Source: Coraliomargarita sp. (GTDB lineage: Bacteria > Verrucomicrobiota > Verrucomicrobiia > Opitutales > Coraliomargaritaceae). Taken from it: a stretch of 64,000 nucleotides of DNA. Location: the NCBI GenBank assembly GCA_965216325.1, contig OZ244160.1:1408001-1472000 (forward strand). Reading direction: 5' to 3'. The translations under genes and the position numbers were made by a program. This document shows positions 27,202-39,808 of the stretch, in pieces. Position 1 is the stretch's first letter, and every line of letters begins with the position of its first letter. Under the pieces are notes generated by a model that saw nothing but the letters and a program-made list of their open reading frames with translations, ran no database searches and was not told where the DNA came from.

Positions 27202-27438
27202 TTAACGAAGTTTATACTGATCGCACAAACGCTTGGCCTTCGCCTTCAGCGTTTTATCGGCCTTCGTCTTGCGCGCAAACTTAGCCAAAGCTTCAAAGGT
27301 CTTCGGCGACGGCGGAAGGTTAAGGATATAGGATTCCTCCAGCATCTCACCAAGACGCTTCAAGCCAGCCTTCTGTTGTGCAAGCGTGGAGTCCGTGCCG
27401 AGCAGTTGCTCGATCGCTTTGCTTTCTTCTGCGTCCAT
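27202..27438 (-). CDS. Small hypothetical protein
   Basis: 78-aa ATG ORF filling the gap between obgE and suhB on the same strand. Confidence 0.65.
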   Translation of the reverse strand: MDAEESKAIEQLLGTDSTLAQQKAGLKRLGEMLEESYILNLPPSPKTFEALAKFARKTKADKTLKAKAKRLCDQYKLR

Positions 27439-27479
27439 ACTAGTCCTAAAGAAAGCGGCAGGATGCCGCTTCTATTTGA

Positions 27480-28520
27480 TTACTCCTCCTCTTCGTCTGC
27501 TTCCTCTTCGAGTGCCTTCTCAGCGGCACGCACTTCGAGCACCGCTTCCAGCAGCGCTTGCTTCAGCTTATCGAAGCCTTCGTCAGAAACACAGGAGATC
27601 GGATAGATCGGCTCTTTAACCTTCTTTTCGAAAAGCTTGAGGTGCTCCGCAGCATCCGGCTCATCCATCTTGTTCGGCGCGACCAATATCGGCTTCCGCA
27701 CGAGACCCGGCTTGTAGAGCTTCAATTCATTGAGCAGCACACGCAGGTCAGCAATCGGCTCGCGGCCATCGGTGCCCTGCATGTCGATCATGATCAGCAA
27801 CACCTTGCAGCGTTCAACATGCTTGAGGAAACGGTGACCGAGGCCACGGTTCTCGCTCGCACCTTCGATCAGACCAGGAATGTCCGCCAGTGTGACTCGT
27901 TCGTATTGCTCTGGAAATTCCAGCACACCAACAGTTGGAAACATCGTGGTGAAGGGATACGCGCCCGTCTTCGGATGCGCATTGGTGATCATGTTGAGTA
28001 AAGTCGACTTACCCGCATTCGGAAAACCAATCAGGCCGACATCCGCGATCGTCTTAATGATCAACTTAAAGTTACCACCATCGCCCGGCTTACCCAAAGT
28101 GAATTCACGCGGCGCCTGGTTAGTGGACGACTTGAACATGTTGTTGCCCTTGCCGCCATCGCCACCTTCGAGCACGAGAATCTTTTCGCCGTCTTCGAGC
28201 ACTTCCGCAATCGGATCACCCGTCTCACGGTCGACAAGGATGGTGCCAATTGGCACACGCAAGACCAAGTCATCTCCGCCGGCACCGTGCTGATTACTAC
28301 CACGGCCAGGCTCACCATTCTGCGCCTTCCAGCCCGGCTTGAAGTAATAGTCCGTCAAATCCGCCTTGTTGTGGTCGCCAAGGATATACACATCACCACC
28401 GCGGCCACCATTGCCGCCATCCGGGCCACCTTTGGGCTCATACTTCGCACGGCGGAAGCTGGAGCAGCCATCGCCCCCTTTGCCTGCGTGAAAATTGACT
28501 TTTACTTCGTCGTAAAACAT
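27480..28520 (-). CDS. obgE: GTPase Obg/CgtA
   Basis: Gly-rich Obg fold, [21 protein letters not shown]. Confidence 0.95.
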   Translation of the reverse strand: MFYDEVKVNFHAGKGGDGCSSFRRAKYEPKGGPDGGNGGRGGDVYILGDHNKADLTDYYFKPGWKAQNGEPGRGSNQHGAGGDDLVLRVPIGTILVDRETGDPIAEVLEDGEKILVLEGGDGGKGNNMFKSSTNQAPREFTLGKPGDGGNFKLIIKTIADVGLIGFPNAGKSTLLNMITNAHPKTGAYPFTTMFPTVGVLEFPEQYERVTLADIPGLIEGASENRGLGHRFLKHVERCKVLLIMIDMQGTDGREPIADLRVLLNELKLYKPGLVRKPILVAPNKMDEPDAAEHLKLFEKKVKEPIYPISCVSDEGFDKLKQALLEAVLEVRAAEKALEEEADEEEE

Positions 28521-28569
28521 GCGCTGATTTCAGCCGACCGGGGATGCTTTGCAACCCCATTTAATTTCA

Positions 28570-28652
28570 TCTTAATCCTAATCCTACTCTTAATCATAAT
28601 CTCACGCACTGAACCAGAGAGATTATGAGTAGGATTAAGATTACGATTAAGA
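28570..28652. repeat. Hexamer-periodic inverted repeat (AATCTT/ACTCTT type)
   Basis: 34-nt imperfect arms; related element at 33085-33173. Confidence 0.7.
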
Positions 28653-28691
28653 GGGTTGAGCATTCTGGCTGTGCGGACAATGCTTCACCTC

Positions 28692-29648
28692 ATGCAATCC
28701 AGCAACGCACCAGTCGCCGTCATTGATGTCGGCAGCAACTCGATCAAACTCCTCGTCGCCACAGTCGGCAATGAATCCGGTTCCGTCGAAACCGTTTTTG
28801 CTGAAACCATCGAGACCCGCATCAGCGCAGGCATCAGCCGCGAGCTGCCGAGCCTCACCGAGGAGGCAATGGCCGCTGGCCTCAACACCATTCAGGATCT
28901 GGTTCACCTCGCACGCGACTACCAACCGAGTGCGATCCGCATTGTCGCGACCAGCGCGGTGCGCGATGCGATCAACGGCATGGACTTCATCGAATCGGTC
29001 ACCGAAACAACCGGCATCCTGATGCAAGTGCTCTCCGGGACCGAGGAAGCCACACTGATCGGCAAGGGACTCGCCTGCGACCCGCAGATTGCTGGTGTGC
29101 ACCGTTTCCTACAGATGGATCTCGGTGGCGGCAGTCTCGAACTCATTCGCTTTGATCACGACCAAATCGAAACCGCGATTTCACTTCAACTGGGTGCCGT
29201 GCGCCTGACCGAACGCTTCATCAAAGACCGTGAAACCGCCGTTGCGGCTAAAACCGAAGCGGCGATCGTCCAACACGTGGCCGAGCAAATCGAACTAAGC
29301 GCAATTGAGTTTCCCGAGGACGCGGAACCCATGATCGCCACAGGCGGGGCCGTCGTGGTGACCCGCGCCATCTTAGCAGCCAAGCAAGGCATCGACATCG
29401 AAACCCGCTCAGCGACCATCACACTCGAAGAGATCCGCCAACTCAAAACAGAACTCTCTGCACTGCCCCTGCACGAACGTATGGCAACTCCCCACCTACC
29501 GGCAGCCCGCGCCGACATTTTCCCAACAGCCCTGATCACCATCGAGCAAGTGCTAAAGCTGGCCGGCAAAGCCGCGCTAAGCCACTCCTTCTACAATCTC
29601 CGCTACGGCATTGCTGCGGAGATGTTGAGGTTGGGGTCCCGCCTTTAG
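28692..29648 (+). CDS. Ppx/GppA family phosphatase (short form)
   Basis: [30 protein letters not shown]; start uncertain (28680 or 28692). Confidence 0.88.
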   Translation: MQSSNAPVAVIDVGSNSIKLLVATVGNESGSVETVFAETIETRISAGISRELPSLTEEAMAAGLNTIQDLVHLARDYQPSAIRIVATSAVRDAINGMDFIESVTETTGILMQVLSGTEEATLIGKGLACDPQIAGVHRFLQMDLGGGSLELIRFDHDQIETAISLQLGAVRLTERFIKDRETAVAAKTEAAIVQHVAEQIELSAIEFPEDAEPMIATGGAVVVTRAILAAKQGIDIETRSATITLEEIRQLKTELSALPLHERMATPHLPAARADIFPTALITIEQVLKLAGKAALSHSFYNLRYGIAAEMLRLGSRL

Positions 29649-29655
29649 GCGGATT
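29627..29655 (+). repeat. REP flanking RAYT, left copy
   Basis: GAGGTTGGGGTCCCGCCTTTAGGCGGATT with CCGCCT/AGGCGG hairpin; contains the ppx stop codon. Confidence 0.88.
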
Positions 29656-29674
29656 TAAAACCAAACTTTTAAAG

Positions 29675-30274
29675 ATGTATCAGTGGCGCAGACTATCGGA
29701 GACCGAACGTGAATCGATATTTGCCTCACGGGTCCAGCGCGGTGGCACATGGAGACGAGCTCCCATTTGGGATGCAGGCATAGCTCGCTACATGATTACT
29801 GCGGCATGCTATGAGCATCAACCGATCATAGGACTGAACCCAGATCGCATGGCATCCTTCGAGTCAGGCATACTCGAATTACTGGAGAAACACACAGGAG
29901 CAACTCACGCACATGTGATCCTCCCCAACCATTATCATGCGCTTGTGACTTGTCGTGACATTGCAGCACTCAGGAAGCAGCTTGGACAGTTTCACGGCAG
30001 AAACTCTTTTCTATGGAACAAAGAAGAGCAGACACAAGGCCGGCAAGCTTTTCACGGCTCAGCAGAAACAGTGATGAAGTCTGAGCGTCATTACCAAGCG
30101 AGCTTGAACTACATTCATCACAACCCGGTGAAGCATGGGTATGTTCAGAAGTGGAAGGACTGGCCTTACTCTAGCGCACAGACATACTTGACCACAGTTG
30201 GAAAAGAAGAAACCGAGAAGCACTGGTTAGAATACCCGATTGAGCGCTATGGTGCCGGATGGGATCAAATGTAG
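29675..30274 (+). CDS. REP-associated tyrosine transposase (RAYT, HUH Y1 family)
   Basis: YMIT, VILPNHYH (HUH), YIHHNPVKHG (catalytic Tyr), WPYSS; flanked by inverted REPs. Confidence 0.88.
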   Translation: MYQWRRLSETERESIFASRVQRGGTWRRAPIWDAGIARYMITAACYEHQPIIGLNPDRMASFESGILELLEKHTGATHAHVILPNHYHALVTCRDIAALRKQLGQFHGRNSFLWNKEEQTQGRQAFHGSAETVMKSERHYQASLNYIHHNPVKHGYVQKWKDWPYSSAQTYLTTVGKEETEKHWLEYPIERYGAGWDQM

Positions 30275-30287
30275 AGTGGCTTTAACA

Positions 30288-30311
30288 CCGCCTAAAGGCG
30301 GGACCCCAACC
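30288..30311 (-). repeat. REP flanking RAYT, right copy
   Basis: Reverse complement GGTTGGGGTCCCGCCTTTAGGCGG identical to left copy; contains the rluD stop codon. Confidence 0.88.
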
Positions 30312-31239
30312 CCCTCAACTGCTCAATCACCGCTTCAAAATCCTGCGGCAGCGGTGCGACGAACTTCATCAGCTCATCGCGTTCCGGATGCTGAATGTGT
30401 AGCTCGGTCGAGTGAAGCATTACACGCGGAACCAAGATGCCCTTGAGACGTGTAGCCTTGAAGCCATAGGTCGTATCGCCCAATAGCGGCAGTTTCTGAC
30501 TGCTCATATGGACGCGAATCTGATGGGTGCGCCCAGTATGGATCACACAACTGACCAAAGCTGCAACGCGACCGAAGCGCTCCTCGACAGACCAATCGGT
30601 ATGCGCATCACGCCCGCCCGGGACGACCGCCATACGCGTGCGTACTACCGGGTGGCGCCCTATGGGCTCTTTAACCGTCCCTGTAGATTGTATCGGAGAT
30701 CCCAATACAAGCGCACGGTAGCGCTTGTATGTTTCTCGACCGCTAAACGCAGCTGCCAACTTGTGGTGCGCTAAATCCGTTTTTGCCACGACGATGATAC
30801 CCGTGGTTTCTTTATCCAGACGATGCACAATGCCCGGGCGATCCGGCGCACCGACCGAACTCAATTGCCCGTCCGTGTGATGCAGTAAAGCGTGTACCAA
30901 GGTATCGTCGCCGGTGCCACTACCTGGATGCGTGACCATGCCAACCGGTTTGTTCACCACCACGATGGCTTCGTCCTCGTAGAGAATTTCCAAGGGAATA
31001 TCGACTGGCATCGGTCCCACACCTACATCGGGCTCATCCAACACCGCGCGCAGCAAGCCGGCCGAGTTAATCTTAAAACGCTTATCAATGACCTGCCCGT
31101 CGAAGGTCACCTGCCCGGCATCAAATGCCTTCTGCAGACGCACACGACTGACATCCTCAAACTCAGCCGCAAAAATCTTATCGGCGCGACCTTTCTTTAC
31201 GCCATCCGGAACTGCAAACTCAATGACACGCTCAGCCAT
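30292..31239 (-). CDS. rluD: RluA-family 23S rRNA pseudouridine synthase
   Basis: S4-like N-terminus, [28 protein letters not shown]. Confidence 0.85.
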   Translation of the reverse strand: MAERVIEFAVPDGVKKGRADKIFAAEFEDVSRVRLQKAFDAGQVTFDGQVIDKRFKINSAGLLRAVLDEPDVGVGPMPVDIPLEILYEDEAIVVVNKPVGMVTHPGSGTGDDTLVHALLHHTDGQLSSVGAPDRPGIVHRLDKETTGIIVVAKTDLAHHKLAAAFSGRETYKRYRALVLGSPIQSTGTVKEPIGRHPVVRTRMAVVPGGRDAHTDWSVEERFGRVAALVSCVIHTGRTHQIRVHMSSQKLPLLGDTTYGFKATRLKGILVPRVMLHSTELHIQHPERDELMKFVAPLPQDFEAVIEQLRGLGSRL

Positions 31240-32245
31240 GGCGCGCAGCGAGTTCCCGAGCGTGTTCAGTGTCCTTGGTGATTTGATCCTTCAACGCATC
31301 CAGTGAATCAAACTTCTGTTCGAGACGGATAAAGGCGAGCCACTCCACTTCGATTGCATCACCTTCAGTGAACTCGGTGGGCTCCAGCGCATGGATTTCC
31401 AGTGCTGGCGTTTGATCGAATTCAGCCACAGTCGGCTTTACGCCATAATTCGCAACTGCGGAGAACCATGGCGAGGTTGGGGTCCCGGCTTCAGCCGGAT
31501 TTGAGTCTGGCTTGGAACCGCCTAAAGGCGGAACTCCAACACTTCTCTTACGAAACCTGACGTAATACACACCAAAGCACGGCAAGCATTCCGGCTCCCA
31601 TGGAAGATTCAGCGTCGGGAAACCGATCTGACGACCAAGCTTCTGACCACCGATGATCTCGCCATCGGCAAAATAATTGTAGCCCAGCAAATCGTTTACG
31701 GACTCGATTTCGCCCGCTTGCAGCTGGCCACGAATACGGGTGCTACTAATTGGCTCGCCGTTGTGCTTAATGCGCTCCGCACTGAAGACACCAAGACCCA
31801 ACTCCTTACCAGACTCAATCAAGGTCGAGACATCACCCGCGCGCTTTTGACCAAAGCGAAAGTTCTCGCCCACATAGATCGCCTGCAGCGCAGGCAAGGC
31901 CTGCTTTAGTTCCGCCAGAAAGATCTCTGCGGGTATCGATGCATAAGCACGATCAAAGTGCTTGCGAATCACGACGTCGACTCCGACCTGATGCAGCATG
32001 TCGCACTTTTCCGCAATCGGCATCAGCAACTGCGTGGCATTCTCAGGGCGAAACAGTCGGCTCGGATGCGGATCAAAAGTGAGCACACCACTGACACCAC
32101 CGGAACGTTGCGCCGAGAAAACCGCCGACTCGATCACTGCTTTGTGCCCGAGGTGCACCCCATCAAACACACCGATCGCCAAGTGCAAAGGGCCGCGCAG
32201 CCCTTCGAGCTCAGCAAATTCAGCGACTGTTTTCGGAAAGGTCAT
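31232..32245 (-). CDS. ribF: Riboflavin kinase/FAD synthetase with REP-derived insertion
   Basis: [33 protein letters not shown]; start placed at ATG 32245 because the upstream extension is a REP. Confidence 0.93.
   Translation of the reverse strand: MTFPKTVAEFAELEGLRGPLHLAIGVFDGVHLGHKAVIESAVFSAQRSGGVSGVLTFDPHPSRLFRPENATQLLMPIAEKCDMLHQVGVDVVIRKHFDRAYASIPAEIFLAELKQALPALQAIYVGENFRFGQKRAGDVSTLIESGKELGLGVFSAERIKHNGEPISSTRIRGQLQAGEIESVNDLLGYNYFADGEIIGGQKLGRQIGFPTLNLPWEPECLPCFGVYYVRFRKRSVGVPPLGGSKPDSNPAEAGTPTSPWFSAVANYGVKPTVAEFDQTPALEIHALEPTEFTEGDAIEVEWLAFIRLEQKFDSLDALKDQITKDTEHARELAARHG
31473..31540. repeat. 68-bp REP doublet in frame within ribF
   Basis: GAGGTTGGGGTCCCGGCTTCAGCCGG-spacer-CCGCCTAAAGGCGGAACTCCAAC. 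Confidence 0.88.
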
Positions 32246-32250
32246 TTTAT

Positions 32251-32326
<76 letters not shown>

Positions 32327-32354
32327 CTAACAGCTTGTCGAAATGGATCATAAA

Positions 32355-33071
32355 TTACAATGCGTGCGACGGCACCGCCTGTAAAACGGGAATCAGCTTT
32401 TTACGTAGAGCGGTCGGAGACGCTTCCTTCAGCACCTCAAGTGTATCCGCTTGTTCGATACGAAACTGACCAATACCCGTGCGGCGCAGCACATTCAGGT
32501 GAGCGCCACAGCCAAGCTTTTGACCGAGATCATGCGCGATGGTGCGGATGTAGGCACCCTTGCTGCAACCAACTAGGAAAGAGATTTCAGGCAGGCTAAA
32601 ATCAGTCATCTCAAATTTGCTGATATTGATCACGCGTGGCTCGCGCTGTACGGTCTTACCTTGACGTGCAAGCTTGTAGAGTTTTTGGCCGTTCACCTTC
32701 TTCGCGGAGAACATCGGTGGCGTTTGATACTGATCGCCAAGGAAGGTTTTCATCTCTGCGCGCACACCCTCTTCCGTGAGCTCAGGCACTTCCTTAGTCA
32801 CAAGGATCTCACCTTCGGCGTCCTGTGAGTCGGTTTCCTCACCCAGTTTCATGGTGCCGGTGTATTCCTTATCCATGCTCATCATGTATTGGGAGACCTT
32901 GGTGGCCTTGCCTACGAGAATGATCATGAGACCGGTCGCCATCGGGTCGAGTGTGCCCGCGTGCCCGACCTTCTTCATACGGTAGATGCGACGCACACGA
33001 TCGACTACGTCGTGCGAAGTAATGCCCTTAGGCTTGTCAACGAGGAGAATACCTTCTGGATCGTCGTTCAT
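32355..33071 (-). CDS. truB: tRNA pseudouridine(55) synthase
   Basis: [31 protein letters not shown]. Confidence 0.95.
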   Translation of the reverse strand: MNDDPEGILLVDKPKGITSHDVVDRVRRIYRMKKVGHAGTLDPMATGLMIILVGKATKVSQYMMSMDKEYTGTMKLGEETDSQDAEGEILVTKEVPELTEEGVRAEMKTFLGDQYQTPPMFSAKKVNGQKLYKLARQGKTVQREPRVINISKFEMTDFSLPEISFLVGCSKGAYIRTIAHDLGQKLGCGAHLNVLRRTGIGQFRIEQADTLEVLKEASPTALRKKLIPVLQAVPSHAL

Positions 33072-33084
33072 ATAAATTCAAAAA

Positions 33085-33173
33085 AATCTTAATCGTAATC
33101 CTACTCTTAATCTTACTCTACAACCTACTCCAACGTGGGAATTAAGATTACGATTGAGAGCAGGATTAGGAAT
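33085..33173. repeat. Hexamer-periodic inverted repeat
   Basis: AATCTTAATCGTAATCCTACTCTTAATCTTACTC ... ATTAAGATTACGATTGAGAGCAGGATTAGG. Confidence 0.65.
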
Positions 33174-33182
33174 GGAAGTTAT

Positions 33183-34181
33183 TTACTTTACTGCTTCGAG
33201 TTGCTTGCCGATGGCTTCAACCAACTGCGGAAGGAACTCAGCGATCGAGCTGTTTTCAACATTCAGGCCAGCAGCACATGCATGACCGCCGCCGTTGAAT
33301 TGCTTGGCGATTTGATCGACGCGGAAGATGGGATCCTTCGAACGGAGGCTACCCTTGAGCGCACCATCGCGGTCTTCAAGCAAAACACCGATGTCGACGC
33401 CCTTGATCGAACGTGCATAGTCGACCAAGCCTTCGGAATCGTCGATGTGTGCGCCGCAAGCGTCATACACGCCGTTCTCGATCAAACCAATGCAGACACG
33501 ATTATCGAATTCCATGGTCAGCGACGCGAGGAAGCTCTGGAGCAGCTTAATCTTCGCGAAACTTTCGTTCTCGTAGAGTTCGAAGGCTGCGTCAGCCGGG
33601 TGCGCACCGTGCTCGCAGAGCTGACGTGCGATTTCGAATGTCGCAGGTGTGGTGGATGGGAAACGGAACTGCCCAGTATCGGTTGCGATACCGACGTAAA
33701 GATTTTGCGCAATGATTGGATCGAACTCGTAACCGTTGTCCAAGTAGAAGCCCGCAAGGATTTCAGCAGTCGCACAGGCAGTCGCGATGACGAGATTCTC
33801 CTTACCGTAGTTCTTGTTGGAGATGTGGTGGTCGATATTGAGTTCGACTTCAGGGAAAAGCTCGTTGAGACGCTCGCCGACACGCTTGTAGTCTGCACAG
33901 TCAACCGAAACCGCAACGTGGCCATCCGGAGTGAAGTCGGATGCGAGCTTGAGCGGTGTATCGCCAACAAATTCTTTCAGGTTTTCCGGCACTTCGTCGC
34001 GGTTCAAACCAATCGCCTCGATGCCCATATTATTGAGCAGGCGTGTAACCGCAACAATGGATCCGATACAGTCTCCGTCCGGACGGACGTGGCCAATCAC
34101 GGCGACCTTCTTGCCCTTCAGGCCTTCGATTGCGTTAGCGAACACTGCGCTTTGTTCAGGAAAGAATTTTTCGTTAGTCAT
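33183..34181 (-). CDS. nrnA: DHH/DHHA1 bifunctional oligoribonuclease/PAP phosphatase
   Basis: HVRPDGD, IDHH, TDTGQF, SLRS, GGGH; usual position after rbfA. Confidence 0.85.
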   Translation of the reverse strand: MTNEKFFPEQSAVFANAIEGLKGKKVAVIGHVRPDGDCIGSIVAVTRLLNNMGIEAIGLNRDEVPENLKEFVGDTPLKLASDFTPDGHVAVSVDCADYKRVGERLNELFPEVELNIDHHISNKNYGKENLVIATACATAEILAGFYLDNGYEFDPIIAQNLYVGIATDTGQFRFPSTTPATFEIARQLCEHGAHPADAAFELYENESFAKIKLLQSFLASLTMEFDNRVCIGLIENGVYDACGAHIDDSEGLVDYARSIKGVDIGVLLEDRDGALKGSLRSKDPIFRVDQIAKQFNGGGHACAAGLNVENSSIAEFLPQLVEAIGKQLEAVK

Positions 34182-34213
34182 GATAAATAGGAGGTAGAAG
34201 TTTGAATTCTATT

Positions 34214-34276
34214 CGTAGGGCTTCTGCTTGCAGAACGCCTGATCTAAAGCGGCATCGTGCAAGCACGAGCCCTACG
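34214..34276. repeat. CGTAGGGC-type REP doublet (family C)
   Basis: CGTAGGGCTTCTGCTTGCAGAACGCC ... GGCATCGTGCAAGCACGAGCCCTACG. Confidence 0.8.
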
Positions 34277-34336
34277 GGATATGAATTGTTGGTTAATGTT
34301 TAAAAATGGGAAAAGCGGCTGGAAGCCGCTTCTACT

Positions 34337-34693
34337 TTATTGCTCGGATTGGTTCTCTTCGGCATCCAGCTGATCGAGCAGATCCAGAACATGCGAGCCA
34401 CGCTCCATCGAAGGATCGTATACGTATTCGAAATTAGGGAAGTATTTCAGAATGACGCGCTGCTTCACCTGCCCATGCAGATCCTTGCCGGCCTTGCGGA
34501 AGAACTTGCGTGCCTCACGCAAGGCATCCTCTCCGCCAATGACGGAATAATAGATCGTGCAATTGCGCAGGTCGGGCGAGGTCTCAACATCGCTAATCGT
34601 GATCGCGACTGCTGCGCTGCGGTAACGCTTACGCATCTGCTCGCTGAGCTCGCGACGAATGAGTTCGTTAATACGGGAAATACGCTTGGACAT
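34337..34693 (-). CDS. rbfA: Ribosome-binding factor A
   Basis: RISRINELIRRELS, SPDLR, YDPSMERG; follows infB. Confidence 0.92.
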   Translation of the reverse strand: MSKRISRINELIRRELSEQMRKRYRSAAVAITISDVETSPDLRNCTIYYSVIGGEDALREARKFFRKAGKDLHGQVKQRVILKYFPNFEYVYDPSMERGSHVLDLLDQLDAEENQSEQ

Positions 34694-34746
34694 AACTGAA
34701 AGGGCTTGGACCTTTGGCAGCGTGGAGTGAAATCAACCAGCCGCTC

Positions 34747-37365
34747 CTATCGGAGCGACGGACGAATTTCTTCCACGGCGTAACATTCGATGATATCGCC
34801 TTCTTGGTAATCGTTGGTGCCTTCGACATTAATACCACACTCGTAACCGGCGCGAACTTCCTTAACGTCGTCCTTGAAGCGCTTGAGCGTATCGATCTTA
34901 CTTTCGTAGATAACTTCGCCACCACGAACGAGACGAGCGATCTTGTTGCGATTGATCGTGCCTTCGGTAACCATACAACCCGCAACGTAGCGACCCTTGC
35001 CGGTTGGGAAGACCTGACGGATCTCGGCCGCACCAAGCTTCTTCTCGGTAAGTTCCGGCTCGAGCATGCCGACCATCTCTTCTTCGATTTGATCGAGGAG
35101 TTCGTAGATGATCTCGTGCTGAATGATACGAACGTCGTGATGCTTTGCGATGCTTTGAACACCGTTGTCCATTTTGACATTGAAGCCGACAATGCAGCAA
35201 CCACCGGTGCTCGCGAGTGTCACATCGTTCTTGGTAATGTTGCCCACACCGACATTGATGACGTCGACGTCGACCTTATCACTTTCGATTTCGGAAATGG
35301 CATTTGCAAGTGCTTCAGCGGAACCGTGCACATCGGACTTAACGATGATCTTGAGGCACTTCTTTTGCTTTTGCTCGATTGCGGCAAACAAGTCGTCGAT
35401 GGTTGGGCCACCTTGTGCCTTGTTGGCTTCTTCGATCTTAGCGTTGGCTTCGCGCTTGCGCTGATATGTGATGTCTTCGGCAGCACGCTTGGCCATCTTC
35501 TCGTTCTTCTCAGAAGTAAAACGGTCGCCAGCAGCTGGGACACCTGTCCAACCAAGGACCTTCACCGGAGTGCCCGGAGGCGCAGACTTGACGATTTTGC
35601 CGTTCTCATCAAGCAGCGACTTCACTCGGCAGTAAGACTCAGCACAAAGCAGTGCGTCGCCCTTCTTGAGAGTGCCCTTGTCGACGATGACGGTCGCAGT
35701 CGCACCACGGCCTTGTTCGATTTGAGATTCGATGATGATACCGGACGCTGCGCAAGTCGGGTTGGCTTGGAGTTCCATGACTTCCGCTTGCAGGAGGATC
35801 ATGTCGAGCAGGTCGTCAATGTTGGTACCATTGAGTGCGGAAACTTCAACGCAGACGGTTTCACCTCCCCAGTCTTCCGGAGCAATGCCCTTTTCCTGCA
35901 TCTGTTGCTTCACGCGGTCAACATTCGCACCCTTGGCGTCGATCTTATTGATGGCCACCACGACTGCGTTGTTCGCTTGTTGCGCGAACTTAAGTGCTTC
36001 GTCGGTTTGTGGTTTGAAGGAGTCGTCGGCCGCGATCACTAGCACCGCGATATCGGTGACGTTCGCACCACGCGCACGCATCATGGAGAATGCGGCGTGA
36101 CCCGGTGTATCGAGGAAAGTGATCTTCTCGCCGTTGTGGTCGATCTGATAGGCGCCCACGTGCTGGGTAATGCCGCCCGCTTCGCCTTCGGTGACGTTGG
36201 CCTTACGGATGGTGTCGAGCAGTGTGGTCTTACCGTGGTCAACGTGACCAAGGATACAGACAACCGGCGGACGTGGCTTGAGGAACTTAGGATCGTCGTC
36301 GTCCTGCTTCTCTTCCTTCTTCTTTTGCTGAGCTGCTTGCTCTTCACCGCGGTGGTGGATTTCGAGCATGAAGCCGTGACGCTGCGCAAGGGTCTGCGCG
36401 ATGTCCTCTTCGATCGTCTGATTCATGGAGGCGAAGATGCCCATTTCCATGAGTTCGGAGATCAACTTGAAAGGCTTGAGACCAATCTCACCAGCGAAGT
36501 CGCGAACAACGATCGGAGGCTTGATGTGAATGATTTGCACTTCACCACTTGCTTCTGGCGCTTCGCCTTCGGCGCTTTCCGGTGCATCAGCATCTGCCGG
36601 AGCTGGAGCGGCTGGTGGCTGTGGTGGGCCAGGAGGCGCAGCCGGTGGCGGCGTTGGAGGGCCAGCGGGGGCTGGTGGTTTGCCAGCAGTTGCTGGAGCG
36701 GTCGGAGGCGGTGGCGGTGTGTTCGCGACAGGAGCCGCAGGCGGTGCCTTTGGCGCAGGTGGCGTTGCAGCCGGTGGTGCCTTCGGTGTAGGCGCCGCTG
36801 GTGGCGTCGCTGCTGGCGGAGAGCCGGCAGGTCTTACAGAAACAGGTGCTGGGCTAGCAGGTGCTTTGCCTGCAGCAGGTGGTGCGGCCTTTGGCGGAGC
36901 TGCCTTCGGTGGCGCAGCGCGAGGCGGTGCAGCACGCGGTGGGATTGCTGGCGCAGGCGGCGGAGTGTTCGCCGGAGGCTTCGGTGGCTCAGGTGGGAGC
37001 GGTGCCGCTGCGGCAACCTTCTCAGCCTGTGCAGCCTTAGCAGCTTCGACCTTCGCAGCCTTTTCGGCTTCCAATGCTTCTTCGGCTTCCTTCTTTTCGC
37101 GCTCGATGTCAGCAGCGCTGCGAACGATGACACCTTCCGGGAATTGCGGGCCTTTCGGCTTTTCCTCTTCGGCAGGCGCTTCGGGCGCGGCTTCTTCAGC
37201 AGGCGCGTTTTTCGCAGCAAACTCTTCGACGATCGAGTCCGCAGAGATATTATCAATCGTGCTTGAGACGCTCTTTACAGCGAAGCCGCGCTCCTTGAGT
37301 AACTCAAGGAGTTCTTTGTTCTCCAATCCGATTTGTTTGGCAAGCTGGTGAATACGAACGCTCAT
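34747..37365 (-). CDS. infB: Translation initiation factor IF-2
   Basis: [31 protein letters not shown]; Pro/Ala-rich linker. Confidence 0.97.
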   Translation of the reverse strand: MSVRIHQLAKQIGLENKELLELLKERGFAVKSVSSTIDNISADSIVEEFAAKNAPAEEAAPEAPAEEEKPKGPQFPEGVIVRSAADIEREKKEAEEALEAEKAAKVEAAKAAQAEKVAAAAPLPPEPPKPPANTPPPAPAIPPRAAPPRAAPPKAAPPKAAPPAAGKAPASPAPVSVRPAGSPPAATPPAAPTPKAPPAATPPAPKAPPAAPVANTPPPPPTAPATAGKPPAPAGPPTPPPAAPPGPPQPPAAPAPADADAPESAEGEAPEASGEVQIIHIKPPIVVRDFAGEIGLKPFKLISELMEMGIFASMNQTIEEDIAQTLAQRHGFMLEIHHRGEEQAAQQKKKEEKQDDDDPKFLKPRPPVVCILGHVDHGKTTLLDTIRKANVTEGEAGGITQHVGAYQIDHNGEKITFLDTPGHAAFSMMRARGANVTDIAVLVIAADDSFKPQTDEALKFAQQANNAVVVAINKIDAKGANVDRVKQQMQEKGIAPEDWGGETVCVEVSALNGTNIDDLLDMILLQAEVMELQANPTCAASGIIIESQIEQGRGATATVIVDKGTLKKGDALLCAESYCRVKSLLDENGKIVKSAPPGTPVKVLGWTGVPAAGDRFTSEKNEKMAKRAAEDITYQRKREANAKIEEANKAQGGPTIDDLFAAIEQKQKKCLKIIVKSDVHGSAEALANAISEIESDKVDVDVINVGVGNITKNDVTLASTGGCCIVGFNVKMDNGVQSIAKHHDVRIIQHEIIYELLDQIEEEMVGMLEPELTEKKLGAAEIRQVFPTGKGRYVAGCMVTEGTINRNKIARLVRGGEVIYESKIDTLKRFKDDVKEVRAGYECGINVEGTNDYQEGDIIECYAVEEIRPSLR

Positions 37366-37419
37366 GTAAGCCTTAGTGTATAATTCTCAGTAAATGGGTG
37401 AGTTGGGTCAGAAGGGCGA

Positions 37420-38670
37420 TTAAGCGTTACCTCCGAGGTAAGCGGCAACCTTCGCAAGCACGTCGGCTGCTTCGTCTTCAGTGAATCCGAGGCCAACCAA
37501 GTCAGCGGCTTCAACACCTTCGAACACTTCGGGGCTCGCGAAACCGCTCGCAACGAGACGTCCGGCAACTTCCGGATCGAGACCAGGGATTGCGTTGAGG
37601 CCTTGAACCGCCTTTGCAACCTTCTCGTCGAAGCCTACGGCTTCCTTCTCTTCCTTGCCAATGTCGAGCTTCCAACCAAGCAGGCGGGAAGTCAGCTTGG
37701 CATTGAAACCACGGCGGCCGATTGCGATAGAAAGGTCGTCTTCCGCAACTTCGAAGTGCATGCGGCGCTCAACGTCGTTGAGGCGGATATTCTTGGGAAC
37801 TGCTGGGCGAAGTGCTTCTTCCAGCATTTGAACCGGATCAGTGAAGTGACGGATAATGTCGATTTTCTCACCGCCGAGTTCGCGGACGATGGTCTTCACA
37901 CGGGCACCACGGGCACCGACGCAAGCGCCGACAGGGTCGACCTTTGGATCTGCGCTGTGAACCGCGATCTTGGTGCGGTAGCCTGCTTCACGGGCCATCG
38001 CTTCGATGGTTACGGTGCCGTCTGCGATTTCAGTCACTTCGAGTTCGAAGAGACGGCGCACGAAATTAATGTTCGAGCGAGAAAGGATGATGTCCGGGCC
38101 GCGATTGGTTTGCTCGATCTTCAGAAGCAGGCAGCGAATGCTTTCCCCCGGTGAGTAATCTTCGCCAGGAACACGCTCACGTGGTGGCAGAATCGCTTCG
38201 GCCTTGCCGAGGTCAATGATCAGGTCGCCGCGTTCGCGACGACGCACGGTCCCAGTCACGATGTCGCCCACAGTATCTTTGAAATCGTCGTAGATGCGGT
38301 CCTTTTCGAACTGGCGGATGCGCTGCATGATCGCCTGACGTGCAGTCTGCGCTGCGATGCGTCCGAGATAGGCTGGATCGACTTCGCGCTCGATCACACC
38401 ACCGATTTCAGCTGCGGGGCTGAGTTGGCGTGCCTTTTCGATGTGAATTTCAACCGCAGGATCGCTGACCGAATCAACCACATTGAGGATGCTCCATGCT
38501 TTGAGCGCACCAGTCTTCGGGTTGATTTCAACGCGGATGTCTTGCCCAGCACTGACTCCCTTCTGGGCCGCACTAGCAATGGCAGCAGAGATCGCTGTGA
38601 TCATGTCATCACGGGCGATTCCCTTCTCTTTTTCCATGTATTCAAGAACTGATAAGATTTCGTTGCTCAT
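37420..38670 (-). CDS. nusA: Transcription termination factor NusA
   Basis: [11 protein letters not shown]1 and KH domains, [14 protein letters not shown]. Confidence 0.96.
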   Translation of the reverse strand: MSNEILSVLEYMEKEKGIARDDMITAISAAIASAAQKGVSAGQDIRVEINPKTGALKAWSILNVVDSVSDPAVEIHIEKARQLSPAAEIGGVIEREVDPAYLGRIAAQTARQAIMQRIRQFEKDRIYDDFKDTVGDIVTGTVRRRERGDLIIDLGKAEAILPPRERVPGEDYSPGESIRCLLLKIEQTNRGPDIILSRSNINFVRRLFELEVTEIADGTVTIEAMAREAGYRTKIAVHSADPKVDPVGACVGARGARVKTIVRELGGEKIDIIRHFTDPVQMLEEALRPAVPKNIRLNDVERRMHFEVAEDDLSIAIGRRGFNAKLTSRLLGWKLDIGKEEKEAVGFDEKVAKAVQGLNAIPGLDPEVAGRLVASGFASPEVFEGVEAADLVGLGFTEDEAADVLAKVAAYLGGNA

Positions 38671-38683
38671 TGTGGGCAGGTAT

Positions 38684-38706
38684 AAAAAAAGCGAGACGAG
38701 CCCGCT
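38684..38706 (-). terminator. Short hairpin + T tract in the nusA leader (attenuator-like)
   Basis: Minus strand AGCGGG-CTCGT-CTCGCT-TTTTTT, ending 13 nt before the nusA ATG. Confidence 0.6.
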
Positions 38707-38742
38707 AAAAATTGTATGCTGGGTTTATATTGCGAGTGACAG

Positions 38743-38770
38743 AAAGTAGAGTGCGACCAGCGCTTGTCAA
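38743..38770 (-). promoter_or_regulatory. Sigma70-type promoter of the nusA operon
   Basis: TTGACA-16 nt-TACTTT on the minus strand. Confidence 0.6.
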
Positions 38771-38849
38771 GTGTCGGTATTGCCCTCAAATTGCAGGTTT
38801 TTGGCAATTGCAACTCGCCAATCCACAATCCCCGAACATCACATTTCCC

Positions 38850-39188
<339 letters not shown>

Positions 39189-39195
39189 CACAATC

Positions 39196-39277
39196 CACCA
39201 CCCCCACCGGCCGAGCCGGTCACCCCTCCTCGACAAGGAGGGGAGCGACTGAAAGCTCCTCCCCTGCGAAGGGGAGG
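39196..39277. repeat. Family F repeat (inverted copy of 3079-3126) plus adjacent CCTCCCCT/AGGGGAGG hairpin
   Basis: Direct sequence comparison. Confidence 0.7.
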
Positions 39278-39339
39278 TCATCCGCTTGCCAGATGAGAAG
39301 GGCCATGAGACCATATCGAAGAGAGGTTTGCCCCCAGAC

Positions 39340-39371
39340 AAAAAAAGCGGCCGCTCCGAAGAGTGGCCGCT
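39340..39371 (-). terminator. Intrinsic terminator after amtB-glnK
   Basis: AGCGGCCACTC-TTCG-GAGCGGCCGCT followed by a T tract on the minus strand. Confidence 0.8.
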
Positions 39372-39395
39372 CGAGAATTCAGCAAGTACTGCAGC

Positions 39396-39755
<360 letters not shown>

Positions 39756-39808
39756 TTATCGTGCTAAGCCTGAACTAAAGTCCGACAGTTAGCAAAACTG
39801 AAAATCAC

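Noticed and set aside
33135..36042. Large plus-strand ORFs (351 aa, 442 aa) and similar ones opposite gltX, glnS, galK and clpB
   Set aside because: Fully antisense to well-supported housekeeping genes; typical codon-bias shadows with no motifs.
36530..37266. Long Gly/Ala- or Arg/Trp-rich plus-strand ORFs and Pro-rich repeat
   Set aside because: Antisense shadows of the low-complexity Pro/Ala linker of IF-2, a variable region known in many lineages.
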